The notes under the pieces are model-generated. The model worked only from the letters and a program-made list of their open reading frames with translations. It was not told the origin of the DNA and made no database searches. A DNA stretch of 64,000 nt from an uncultured Gemmatimonadaceae bacterium (lineage in GTDB: Bacteria > Gemmatimonadota > Gemmatimonadetes > Gemmatimonadales > Gemmatimonadaceae): assembly GCA_963817955.1 (NCBI GenBank), contig CAWFQK010000002.1, forward strand, positions 832,001 through 896,000, written 5' to 3'. The position numbers were made by a program, and so were the translations under genes. Below, piece by piece: positions 42,332 to 51,817 of this stretch; the first letter of the stretch is position 1; each line of letters opens with the position of its first letter.

Positions 42332-43621
42332 ATGCGATCTCATGCACTGCTCGACGAGCTCCGGTGGCGTGGCCTGCTGCACCAGCACACTGACCAGGTC
42401 GCGGAAATTCTCAGCAGCGGCCCGGTGTCAGGATACATCGGATTCGATCCCACCGCTCCCAGCTTGCACATCGGGAGCCTGCTCGTCGTCATGCTGCTCG
42501 TCCGCCTGCAGCGGCACGGGCATCGGCCGGTCGCCCTCGTCGGCGGAGGCACGGGGCTCATTGGCGATCCAAGCGGCAAGGCGAGCGAGCGACCACTCGC
42601 CGATTCGGCGCAAGTCGCCGAGAATGCGGACAAGATCCGGAGACAGCTCGAGCGATTCCTGGATTTCACCGGTCCGAATGCCGCGCGCATGATCAACAAT
42701 GCAGACTGGCTGGTCGAGCTGCGCGCCGTGGAATTCATGCGGGACGTCGGCAAGCACTTCACGATCAACTACATGCTCCAGAAGGACTCGGTGCAGAGCC
42801 GGATGGACACCGGCATCTCGTTCACCGAGTTCTCCTACATGCTGCTGCAGGCCTACGATTTCCTGGAGTTGCGGCGCCGGCACGACGTGCGCCTGCAACT
42901 GGGCGGCAGCGATCAATGGGGTAATATCACGGCCGGTATCGAGCTCATTCGCCGCACGCTCGGCACCGACGCACACGCCATCACGTCGCCACTCGTGACG
43001 ACGTCGGCGGGAACGAAGTTCGGCAAGACAGAGGCAGGCGCCGTGTGGTTGGACGCGTCGCTCACGTCGCCGTACAAGTTCTATCAGTTCTGGGTCAACG
43101 TGGACGATCGCGACGTGGGGCGGTACCTGCGCTTCTTCACGCTGCTGGATCGACCGGCAATCGAATTGCTCGATCAACTGGTGGCCGATAAGCCGGAGCA
43201 GCGCGAGGCGCAGCAAACGCTGGCCCGCGAAGTGACGCGCATGGTGCATGGCGAGAAGGCGCTGGCCGCGGCGGAAGAAGTATCGTCGCTGCTCTTTGGC
43301 GGCGCCGACCCCAAGACGCTTTCTGCGGACGCACTCGTGGCACTCAAGCTCGAGATTCCGGTATTCAGTGTCGAGCCTGATGCGGAGCGGGTCGCCCTGA
43401 CCACGTACGACGTGCTGGAAGCGGTGTGCGTCGGCAACGATGCGCTGTTCAAGAGCAAGGGTGATTCGCGGCGCATGGTGCAGCAGGGTGGCGTGTACCT
43501 CAACGGCCAGCGCATGGAGGCGGAACGCAAGGCCATTCCCGCCGAGGAGTTGCTCGGCGGCAGGTACGTGCTCGTTCGGAAGGGCGCGCGCAGCTACGGC
43601 TTGGTGGAAGTAGGCGGGTAG
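42332..43621 (+). CDS. tyrS: Tyrosine--tRNA ligase
   Basis: GFDPTAPSLHIG, GGSDQWGNI, KFGKT, S4 domain. Confidence 0.97.
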   Translation: MRSHALLDELRWRGLLHQHTDQVAEILSSGPVSGYIGFDPTAPSLHIGSLLVVMLLVRLQRHGHRPVALVGGGTGLIGDPSGKASERPLADSAQVAENADKIRRQLERFLDFTGPNAARMINNADWLVELRAVEFMRDVGKHFTINYMLQKDSVQSRMDTGISFTEFSYMLLQAYDFLELRRRHDVRLQLGGSDQWGNITAGIELIRRTLGTDAHAITSPLVTTSAGTKFGKTEAGAVWLDASLTSPYKFYQFWVNVDDRDVGRYLRFFTLLDRPAIELLDQLVADKPEQREAQQTLAREVTRMVHGEKALAAAEEVSSLLFGGADPKTLSADALVALKLEIPVFSVEPDAERVALTTYDVLEAVCVGNDALFKSKGDSRRMVQQGGVYLNGQRMEAERKAIPAEELLGGRYVLVRKGARSYGLVEVGG

Positions 43622-43622
43622 C

Positions 43623-44780
43623 TCACCCTCCGAGCAGCTCCAGCACACGCGCGATTTCAGATTCAGTGTTGTAGGCGTGCGGCGACAGCCTCACCGATCC
43701 TTCGCGGAGTGAGTGCGAGACGCCCGCCTCTCGCAGCCGCTGGCTGGTGGCGAGCGAATCGCGCAGCTTGAGCGACACGATCCCGGCGTGGCTTGAGTGC
43801 TCGGGCGGGGTGACGAGGGTAACGTCGTCATGCGATTGCGCCCATGTCACTATTCGGTCAGTCAGGCCCGCGATATGGCAGGCAACCGCGGCCGGCCCCA
43901 GCTCGTGAAAGAGTTCCAGGCTAGCGTTCATGCCGACGAAATCCTGGAAGGGCAATGTGATGAACTCGAACCGGCGTGCGTCGTCGCGCCAGGTGAGATC
44001 GTAATCGAGCAGGCGCGTGAAATCGTCGGACCCGCGCACATCCATCCAGCTCACGTCGTGGGGTTCTATACGTTGCACGAGCTCGTCCCGAACGTACACG
44101 AATCCGGAACCCCAGGGCGACAGCAGCCACTTCTGCGCGCCGCACGCGAGAATGTCCACGTGGACTTCCGACAGATTCAGCGTCAGCGCGCCAAGCCCCT
44201 GGATGGCGTCGACCACGAAGAAGATGCCGCGTTCACGGCATGCCCGGCCAATCGCGGCAATGTCGAGCCTGGCCCCGGAGGCAAAGCCCACCCACGAGAG
44301 CGCCAGCACACGCGGCTCGATCGCGTCGAGGGCAGCGAACACGGTTTCATCATCGATCACTCCGCCGGCCGCCTGAATGCGCCTGTGCTCGATGCCGCGA
44401 CGGCGCTCGGCTTCCATCCAGGGATAGATGTTTGCCGGGAATTCGAGGTCCGGCGTCAACACGATGTCACCCGGCTCGAGCGGCAGCGAGAACGCCGCGA
44501 GGTTGATGCCGTAACTCGTGTTCGTGGCCAGCGCGATCTCGCGTGGACTGGCGCCGACCAACCGGGCGATGAGCTCGCGCGATCGCGCCAGCGCATCGAA
44601 CTGCAGGCGATCGGACAAGCGATACGGTGCGCCGCGCACTGCATTGAACTCGGCGGTCGCCCGCAGCGCGCGCTGCGGGAGCGCACCGGTGGAGGCGTGG
44701 TTCATGTAGACCGCTTCACCGGCCGCGGCCCACGGAAACTCGGAGGCGCGCAGCGCCTCAACGTTATAGGTGGTCGTCAC
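43623..44780 (-). CDS. Class V PLP-dependent aminotransferase (cysteine desulfurase-like)
   Basis: YMNHAS, VDAIQ, GAQKWL, RLSPHAYN. Confidence 0.9.
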   Translation of the reverse strand: MTTTYNVEALRASEFPWAAAGEAVYMNHASTGALPQRALRATAEFNAVRGAPYRLSDRLQFDALARSRELIARLVGASPREIALATNTSYGINLAAFSLPLEPGDIVLTPDLEFPANIYPWMEAERRRGIEHRRIQAAGGVIDDETVFAALDAIEPRVLALSWVGFASGARLDIAAIGRACRERGIFFVVDAIQGLGALTLNLSEVHVDILACGAQKWLLSPWGSGFVYVRDELVQRIEPHDVSWMDVRGSDDFTRLLDYDLTWRDDARRFEFITLPFQDFVGMNASLELFHELGPAAVACHIAGLTDRIVTWAQSHDDVTLVTPPEHSSHAGIVSLKLRDSLATSQRLREAGVSHSLREGSVRLSPHAYNTESEIARVLELLGG

Positions 44781-45658
44781 GGCCGCGCGATGTCCGGGAG
44801 ACCAGCGCCGCGCGGAATGGCCGCCCGCAACGCTCGTGGATCGAGCGCGTCGCGCAGGGCATCACCGAGCAGGTTGAAGCCGAGCACGGCGGACCCGATC
44901 GCGAGGCCGGGGAACACCGACGTCCACGGCGCATGGCGAAGCTGGTACAGGTCGCGCCCGTCGGCGATCATCGACCCCCAACTCGGCGTGGGCGGCTGGA
45001 CTCCCAGCCCGAGGAACGACAGCGACGACTCGGCCATGATGGCTCCGGCAACGCCGAGCGTCCCGGCGATCACGACGGGCGCCACGACACTCGGCAATAT
45101 GTGTTGAATGAGTATTCTCGTATCACGCGCACCCAGCGCCCGTACGGCCTGCACGAACTCCATCTCACGCACGACGAGCACCTGCCCGCGAACCAGGCGG
45201 GCCATGCCCGCCCAGCCCACCACTCCGATCGTGATGAACACAACAGTGAGCGACGGTTGGAGCGCCGCCACGAGGGCGATCAACAACAGCAGCGTCGGAA
45301 AGGCGAGCGTGACGTCTGCCAGACGCATGACCAGCTCATCGACCCAGCGGCCGTAGTAGCCGGCAAGCAGCCCGAGGACGACACCAAGCGACAGCGCGAT
45401 CCCTTGCGAGACGATGCCGACCGACAACGAGACGCGCGCGCCATACACCAAGCGAGCCCACACGTCCCGGCCCTGGATGTCAGTGCCGAACCAGTGATGA
45501 AATGACGGCGGCTGGAGCGAATTGATGAGATCCACGCCAAAGGGATCGTGGAACGCAAACAACGGCGCCGCCACGGCCATCACAGCCAGCAGCACGATGA
45601 CGCCCCCGCCGAACCAAACGCGCTTGTCCGTCTTCAAGCGATCCGTCGAACGACTCAT
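44777..45658 (-). CDS. Dipeptide/oligopeptide ABC transporter permease (DppC/OppC-like)
   Basis: HWFGTDIQGRD, EFVQAVRALGA, SFLGLG, LLGDALRDALDP. Confidence 0.92.
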   Translation of the reverse strand: MSRSTDRLKTDKRVWFGGGVIVLLAVMAVAAPLFAFHDPFGVDLINSLQPPSFHHWFGTDIQGRDVWARLVYGARVSLSVGIVSQGIALSLGVVLGLLAGYYGRWVDELVMRLADVTLAFPTLLLLIALVAALQPSLTVVFITIGVVGWAGMARLVRGQVLVVREMEFVQAVRALGARDTRILIQHILPSVVAPVVIAGTLGVAGAIMAESSLSFLGLGVQPPTPSWGSMIADGRDLYQLRHAPWTSVFPGLAIGSAVLGFNLLGDALRDALDPRALRAAIPRGAGLPDIARP

Positions 45659-46602
45659 AGCGGATCTCCGAGCTCCGGTGGTGTGCCCGGCCGCTGATGC
45701 TTCCAGCGGCGATGATGCCAGAGATATTGCTCGGGCGCACGACGCACCCACCGTTCCAGCATGGTCGTATAGGCAGCAACAATCCGGTCGACGTCGGCGT
45801 CGCGGTCGCCAGTGTCGGTCGCGTCGATGGGCTCGAAGGTGAGGTGATACCGCCCGGACGGCTGGCGCAGCGCCACGCCAAAAATGATCGGAGTGTCCAG
45901 ACGCAGCGAGAACACGGCCGGTCCGCGCGGTGTCTTCGCATAGCGCCCAAAGAACGGCACCCACGCGGACGCCAACCCAACAGCCCCCTGATCGACGAGA
46001 AACGCCACGGCACGGCCGCCACGCAACGACCGCGGTACGCGACGCACCGCTTGTTCGTCGGGCACTACCGTCATGCCTATCCGCTGCCGAGTGCTGGTGA
46101 GATACCGGTCCACCAACGGGTTCGCCATGTGGCGCGCGACCACGTCTATGGGGGTTCCCCGGGCTGCGATATAGGCCCCGCCAAGCTCCCAATTGCCCAG
46201 GTGGCCCGTGACCAAGATCAATCCCTTCCCACGGGCGAGCCGCTCTTCGACGAGGTCCCAGCCGTTGACCTCTTCGAACAACGCGATGATGTCCGACTGG
46301 CTGTACGACGGCAGGACGACGGTCTCGATGGTCGTCCTGCCGAGGTGCGCGTACGCGGCGCGCGCAATGCGCTCGATGTCCGGCGCAGTGCGTTCGGGAA
46401 ATGCCGCCGTGAGCTGGCGCAGAACGACTTCGCGGCGAATGCCGACCGGGCTGTACCCGAAACTCCCGATGTGCTCGCCGAACTTGGCGGCGTTGAAGAA
46501 GCCAAGGCGCCCGATCGCGGCCACCACGCTGCGTAGCGCGACGTATTCGACGCGATGCGTGAATGTGGGGCGGTGCGCGCCGGCGGCGGCTACGTCGTCC
46601 AT
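45655..46602 (-). CDS. Lipid A lauroyl/lysophospholipid acyltransferase (LpxL-like)
   Basis: GHLGNWE, DQ, PFFG, PEQYLWHHRRWK. Confidence 0.9.
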   Translation of the reverse strand: MDDVAAAGAHRPTFTHRVEYVALRSVVAAIGRLGFFNAAKFGEHIGSFGYSPVGIRREVVLRQLTAAFPERTAPDIERIARAAYAHLGRTTIETVVLPSYSQSDIIALFEEVNGWDLVEERLARGKGLILVTGHLGNWELGGAYIAARGTPIDVVARHMANPLVDRYLTSTRQRIGMTVVPDEQAVRRVPRSLRGGRAVAFLVDQGAVGLASAWVPFFGRYAKTPRGPAVFSLRLDTPIIFGVALRQPSGRYHLTFEPIDATDTGDRDADVDRIVAAYTTMLERWVRRAPEQYLWHHRRWKHQRPGTPPELGDPL

Positions 46603-47684
46603 TTGGTCCGATCTCCAGCGGTGTTGACGGCGCGCTCGTACCCGTCGATCATGGCCGATTCCGAGAAGTCGCGCTGTACGCGCGTGCGCGCGGCGACTCC
46701 CATTGCGGATAGCTTCTCGGCGCCGGTGAGGAACGCGGTCACGCCTGACGCGGTGTACGACGGGGCAGCCGCGGCAAGCAGCAATCCGGTAATTCCGTCC
46801 GCTACGTAGTGCTGCGTCAGTGGGGAGCGCTCGGCGATCACGGGCACGCGCAGAGCCATGAAATCGAGACAGCAAAACGCGCCGTCATCGCTCGCCGAAA
46901 CGGACCAGCCCACATCCGCGGCGCGCATGATGGCGTGTGCGTCGTCGCGCTCGCCGAGAAAGCTCACGATGCGGTTGACGCCCACAGCCGACGCATGCAT
47001 ACGCAACTCGTCCGAGCGCGAGCCCGTCCCGAACAGGGCGACATGGAGTGTAGGATGGCGCGGCGCGAGGATCGCGACGGTGCGGAAGAGCGCGCCAACG
47101 CGGTTACGGCCCGAGGGATCGTAATGACACGCGATGAGCAGGCCGGACGCTGGAGCCTCAAGGGATTCGCGCGATGCAGGCTCGACGCCATCATACGCAT
47201 TCACGTCGACACCGAGCGGTGCGACCATCGTGGAAATGGGCCAACCATGCGTGTCGAGACTCTTGAGCTCCCGCTCCGTGGTAACGACTACGCCGGCAGC
47301 GGCCAGCTTCAGTGCGAGCTTGCCGCTCCGTTGGTGATCCGGCGGCTCGAACGGCGCAATTCGTCGAAGCACGCTGCCGCGCCTTGCAAAGCGCATGGCC
47401 GAGGCGACGATGAAGTGGTCCCGTGCGGTACCGACGAGGGCCACCTCTATGAAGCGCGTCTGCAGCACTCTGCGCAGGTCCCAGGCATTGCTGGCGATTG
47501 ATGCCAGGGGGTCGATGAGCGTCGTGTCGAGCCCTGCATCACGTGCATGCCGCTCGAGGCGGCTCTCGCCGCAGCAGGCGACGGTTACCTGATGGCCGCG
47601 CGCCGCGAGCCCGCGCGCGGCAACGAAGATCGCGCGCGCACTTCCCGTCCACTGCATGTCTGTCAGATAGAACAGGACGCGCAT
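46590..47684 (-). CDS. Glycosyltransferase family 4-like protein
   Basis: GT-B fold features (GHQVTV, VSFLGER, PVIA, GITGLL). Confidence 0.8.
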   Translation of the reverse strand: MRVLFYLTDMQWTGSARAIFVAARGLAARGHQVTVACCGESRLERHARDAGLDTTLIDPLASIASNAWDLRRVLQTRFIEVALVGTARDHFIVASAMRFARRGSVLRRIAPFEPPDHQRSGKLALKLAAAGVVVTTERELKSLDTHGWPISTMVAPLGVDVNAYDGVEPASRESLEAPASGLLIACHYDPSGRNRVGALFRTVAILAPRHPTLHVALFGTGSRSDELRMHASAVGVNRIVSFLGERDDAHAIMRAADVGWSVSASDDGAFCCLDFMALRVPVIAERSPLTQHYVADGITGLLLAAAAPSYTASGVTAFLTGAEKLSAMGVAARTRVQRDFSESAMIDGYERAVNTAGDRTKWTT

Positions 47685-47685
47685 A

Positions 47686-49548
47686 TCAGACGTTGGCGGT
47701 CACTCGTTCGTCGCGGAACTGCAGGGAGTGGAGACGGAAATACGTTCCACGTTCGGCGAGCAGTTCGGCGTGCGTCCCCCGTTCCACCACGCGTCCGTGA
47801 TCGAGCACCAGGATCACGTCAGCATGAATGATGGTGGACAAACGGTGCGCGATGACGAACACCGTGCGGCCGGCGAGCAATCGGTCCACGGCTTCCTGGA
47901 CGAGTCGTTCCGACTCGGTGTCGAGCGCCGACGTGGCCTCGTCGAGGATGAGGATTGGTGGATCGACGAGAAGAGCGCGGGCGATCGCGAGCCGCTGGCG
48001 CTGCCCGCCGGACAGACGCGTGCCGCGTTCGCCGAGGACCGTCTCGTAACCGTCAGGCAACGCAACGATGAAGTCGTGGGCGTTCGCGGCTCGGGCGGCG
48101 CGCTCCACCTGCTCCTGCGTGAACCGCTCGGCGGCACCGTAGGCGATGTTATTGCGGACCGTGTCGTTGAACAGCACCGTGTCCTGGCTCACGATGCCGG
48201 TGAGCGCGCGAAGGGACGACAGTTTGATCTCGCGGGCGTCCACGCCGTCGAACAACACGCGGCCCGCGGTGGGTTCGTAGAAACGTGGAATGAGATCGAC
48301 GAGTGTGCTCTTCCCCGCCCCGCTCGCTCCAACGAGCGCCATCACCGATCCGCGCCGCGCCACGAAGCTGATGTCGCTGAGCACGGGCTCGGTGTCATAG
48401 GCGAATGACACTTCGTTGAATTCAATGCCCCGTTCGAGGCGCTCGATCACCTTGGTGCCGCGGTCGCTCTGTTGCTCGGTGGGCCGATCCAACACGTCGA
48501 ACAATCGCTCGGCGGCGGCCAGCGACTGCTGCGCCGTGGTGGGCGCCTGCGAAAGCTGTTTGAGCGGCGGCAGGAGCTGCATCACGAGCGTCATGAAGAC
48601 GATCAGACTACCAGCATCCATTCCTTTGCCACTCAACACATCGATAGCGCCAATCCAGAGAATCAGCACGGCGATGGACATGCCGATCACTTCCGTCAGT
48701 GGCTGCGATAGCGCGGCGACGCGATTGATGCGAACCATGCCTTCCGAGTACCGGCTGCTCGCCGAGCCAAACCGTTCATCCTCGTACGGTTCTCCGCCGA
48801 ACGACTTCACCATGCGTACGCCGCTCACCACTTCCTGCAATACGCTGGTGGCCTCGCCGAAGTCGTTCCGACTGCGGCGGTACCCCTTACGAAGTCTTCG
48901 CAGCACCGGCTGCAGCGCCAGCGTGAGCAGTGGCGCGACGATGAGCGACAGCAGGGTGAGCTTGACATTCATCGCGAGTAGCACCGCGATGGTCGTGACG
49001 ATCGTCGCCGCGTTCTGTACGGTCCGGGTCACCAACTCGGTGATCAGCACCTTCGTCTGATCGGTATCAGACAGGATCTTGGAGATGATCTGGCCGACTT
49101 TCGTCTGCTGGAAGTACCCGAGCGGCAGTCGCTGCATGTGTTCGAAGACCCGGTCGCGCAGGTCACGGGTGACGTATTCCTGCAGTGACGCAGCGAACTG
49201 ACCGGCCAGCCAGACGAAGACGTTCTTCACCGCAACGACAGCAACCATCACGAGGATGACGACCGCGAGCGAGCCCTTGGGATTGCGCGGATCGAGGAAG
49301 GCCCCGATGGTGACGTTCTGGAGCCGCGTGATCCAGCCAGAGTCCTTGGAGAGCAGACTGTCTTTTTGCTGGAACAGCGCGTTCAAGAACGGAATGAGCA
49401 GCGTATACGAAAACGCGCCGAGCGCGGCGGCGAGTGTGCTGCACACCACATTGCCCGTCATCCGCCACCAGTGGGGGCGCAGGAAGGGCAGCAGCCGTCT
49501 ATACGTGGAACTCGAAACGCGCAGGTTCTCTGGCCGGGATGGCGTCAT
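47686..49548 (-). CDS. MsbA-like ABC exporter (TMD + NBD)
   Basis: GASGAGKST, LSGGQRQR, ILILDEATS. Confidence 0.92.
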   Translation of the reverse strand: MTPSRPENLRVSSSTYRRLLPFLRPHWWRMTGNVVCSTLAAALGAFSYTLLIPFLNALFQQKDSLLSKDSGWITRLQNVTIGAFLDPRNPKGSLAVVILVMVAVVAVKNVFVWLAGQFAASLQEYVTRDLRDRVFEHMQRLPLGYFQQTKVGQIISKILSDTDQTKVLITELVTRTVQNAATIVTTIAVLLAMNVKLTLLSLIVAPLLTLALQPVLRRLRKGYRRSRNDFGEATSVLQEVVSGVRMVKSFGGEPYEDERFGSASSRYSEGMVRINRVAALSQPLTEVIGMSIAVLILWIGAIDVLSGKGMDAGSLIVFMTLVMQLLPPLKQLSQAPTTAQQSLAAAERLFDVLDRPTEQQSDRGTKVIERLERGIEFNEVSFAYDTEPVLSDISFVARRGSVMALVGASGAGKSTLVDLIPRFYEPTAGRVLFDGVDAREIKLSSLRALTGIVSQDTVLFNDTVRNNIAYGAAERFTQEQVERAARAANAHDFIVALPDGYETVLGERGTRLSGGQRQRLAIARALLVDPPILILDEATSALDTESERLVQEAVDRLLAGRTVFVIAHRLSTIIHADVILVLDHGRVVERGTHAELLAERGTYFRLHSLQFRDERVTANV

Positions 49549-49551
49549 GCG

Positions 49552-49695
49552 TCAGCGCCGAGGGGTGAGCAGCGATTCGCCGGCATTGGATGCCATTTCG
49601 ACCTCGAACCCATTGTCCCGCAAAAAGATGCGGTGAGGTTCGAGGAGCTCCGCCTCGTCATCTACCCAGAGGACGGATTTCGCCGATTGCGCCAT
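49552..49695 (-). pseudogene. Truncated response regulator, probably internally deleted PorX/PglZ type
   Basis: MAQSAKSVLWVDDEAELLEPHRIFLRDNGFEVEMASN joined to LLTPRR*; only 47 aa, phosphoacceptor region absent. Confidence 0.65.
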
Positions 49696-49780
49696 GCGCA
49701 AAATATAGCGGGCGGGGACGATGGCAGATGGCGGACGGGTAGCGGAGGGACGCGTGATAGGGCCAGATTGCGCTGTGCTC

Positions 49781-50170
49781 GTGAATTCCCCGCCATACGC
49801 TCTGGCACCAGCCAATTTTCGCTTCGCGGCGCTCGCCGCGTTGGCAGGGCGTGCGCCGCTCGGCGGCCAGCGGGAGGTGGCGCTGGCCACTTACCTCGCC
49901 GCCAGGCTGTCACATGACTGCCTCCCCGAGCGCGGATTGGCGCCGGCAATTCGCGCCGAACGAGCTTCGGCCGCCAAGGCTTGGCTGGCGGCGCTCACCC
50001 TGCCGGCACCGGTTCGGCCGGCGCTGGTGAGGCTGGTTGACGCGACCTCGGGTGAGGCGGGTGGCGCCGTGGGAGCGCTACGAGCTGTGATCACGGTCAC
50101 AGCGGGGCTGGTCGATCCGGCGTCGAGGCTGGAGCTGGAGCAGCTTGCGGCGGGGCTGGAGCGGGGGTGA
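49781..50170 (+). CDS. Hypothetical Ala/Leu-rich helical protein
   Basis: GTG start, coding-like composition, divergent from the LPS operon. Confidence 0.6.
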   Translation: MNSPPYALAPANFRFAALAALAGRAPLGGQREVALATYLAARLSHDCLPERGLAPAIRAERASAAKAWLAALTLPAPVRPALVRLVDATSGEAGGAVGALRAVITVTAGLVDPASRLELEQLAAGLERG

Positions 50171-50488
50171 GAGACGGGACACGGGACACGGGCGCGGCTT
50201 CGGGTTGTCGAGCATGCGTGCCTTCTCGCACCGGGCGGCGCAGCGTGGATTGGGCTCCGGGTCGTTGACCAGCTGGATGTCGCTGGCTGCTCCGTAGCGG
50301 TCGGCCCACCGGTCGGCGAGTTCCGAGTTTCCAGTGATGAGTGATGCGTTGCGCGTTGTTACAAACTCACAACTCACGACTCACAACTGGACACCCGAAC
50401 CTCGCCGACCGGCGATAGTGGCCTGCGAGCCAGGCGCCCTGGTGCGCACGACCCGTACACTCACAACTGACAACTGATCACTGACCAC
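50168..50488. repeat. Cluster of heptamer arrays (GGGACAC, ACTCACA, ACTGACA) around a possible four-helix-bundle remnant
   Basis: Arrays at ~50171-50192, ~50365-50388, ~50459-50487. Confidence 0.65.
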
Positions 50489-50501
50489 GGTACGCGCAAA
50501 G

Positions 50502-50550
50502 CCTGTCATCCTGAGCAAAGCCTGTCATCCTGAGCAAAGCGAAGGATCTC
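50502..50550. repeat. REP-like palindrome with tandem partial duplication
   Basis: CCTGTCATCCTGAGCAAAG x2 + CGAAGGATCTC. Confidence 0.8.
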
Positions 50551-50578
50551 TGTGACCGGCGGGCCATGGAACAGCTAC

Positions 50579-50941
50579 CTACCGCGGAGCGCGCAGAGGG
50601 ACGCGGGGCAGCGGGGCAAGCTTGGCGATCTGCTTGGCATCCTTTGACCGTAGCGCGTGCCAGAGATCCCAGTCGGACTGGAGCCCGAGCCAAAAATCGG
50701 CACTCATCCCGGTGACTTGGGCCAGGCGAAGCGCCGTGTCTGGAGTGACGGCGCGTTTGCCGCGAATGACCTCCTTCAGCCGGGGAAACGACACGCCCAA
50801 TCGGATCGCGAACGCCGATTGCGAGATGCCGAGCGGCTTGAGGAACTCCTCGAGCAGCATTTCGCCGGGCGCGGTTGGCGGACGCTCGGTCGGGAGTCGC
50901 CGCCGGACCAGGGAGCGCGAGGCGACGCGTTTCTCCGTCAA
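50579..50941 (-). CDS. higA: HigA family antitoxin (no adjacent toxin)
   Basis: PGEMLLEEFLKPLG, VTPDTALRL, FWLGLQ..DL. Confidence 0.9.
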   Translation of the reverse strand: MTEKRVASRSLVRRRLPTERPPTAPGEMLLEEFLKPLGISQSAFAIRLGVSFPRLKEVIRGKRAVTPDTALRLAQVTGMSADFWLGLQSDWDLWHALRSKDAKQIAKLAPLPRVPLRAPR

Positions 50942-50957
50942 TGAGAAAACCGAGATG

Positions 50958-51473
50958 TCAGCCTACGCCTGCCGACTCTGCTTTCCAGCCGGTCCTTTCA
51001 TTTTGAACAGTGACGTTGACCGCCTTCGCCCTCGGAGCGCTCAATGTGTCCGGCAGATCACGCAGTAGATCGTCCACGGCGTAATTGTCCGTCGGCTCGT
51101 GCGACTTCACTAGGGCGCGGAGCAGGTGATCGGTCGGTTCGCCCATGCGCTCCTTGTCGTTTTCCCAGCGGGAAACCGTCTCACGGGTGACGCCCATGCG
51201 GTGGGCGAAATCCTCCGACGACAATCCGAGATGCGTTCGCAGAAAGCGGACTTCGACGCCAAGCAGCAGACGTGGTTGCCGGACGAGATAGTCAGCCAAC
51301 ACGCGATGCAGCTGACCGATGCGGGGGATCTTGACGCTCTCGTCGCCGCATGCTCCACAACGCCGTATCTCGACGCCTTGAAGCGTCGCGTGATGCAATC
51401 CCCCCATGTCGTACCGGATTACCGCCTTGCGCTCGACTGTCACCCGATCGCTGCCACACTCAGCGCAATTCAT
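50958..51473 (-). CDS. MqsA-like zinc-ribbon/HTH antitoxin
   Basis: CAEC...CGACG, Xre HTH with VSRWEN. Confidence 0.85.
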   Translation of the reverse strand: MNCAECGSDRVTVERKAVIRYDMGGLHHATLQGVEIRRCGACGDESVKIPRIGQLHRVLADYLVRQPRLLLGVEVRFLRTHLGLSSEDFAHRMGVTRETVSRWENDKERMGEPTDHLLRALVKSHEPTDNYAVDDLLRDLPDTLSAPRAKAVNVTVQNERTGWKAESAGVG

Positions 51474-51817
51474 TTTCCTCGTTTCTCCATGCGGCGATCA
51501 CACAGGGTTCCGTTTGCGCAACCGCCGTGAGCCTGCGGCATGAGACATCATATAATAGTGTGAGGTAACCGCAAACCCCCGACCAGGCTAACACGCGGAA
51601 GCGGACACAGCGCAAGTGATCCTACTCTTGGGCAAGCGATACCTCGCATTGTGCGGCGCGATCCCGCATGCGGGGAATGGTAGTATTGGTCCAGATGAGA
51701 CGGTACGAGACAACAGACGTGTGACCATCCGCGCAAATAGACTATATTTCGTACGTCGCGAAAGACGTGTACTGGAACGGCGACAACCACGGCGTGCCGC
51801 GCTCGCTCATCCGTCCA

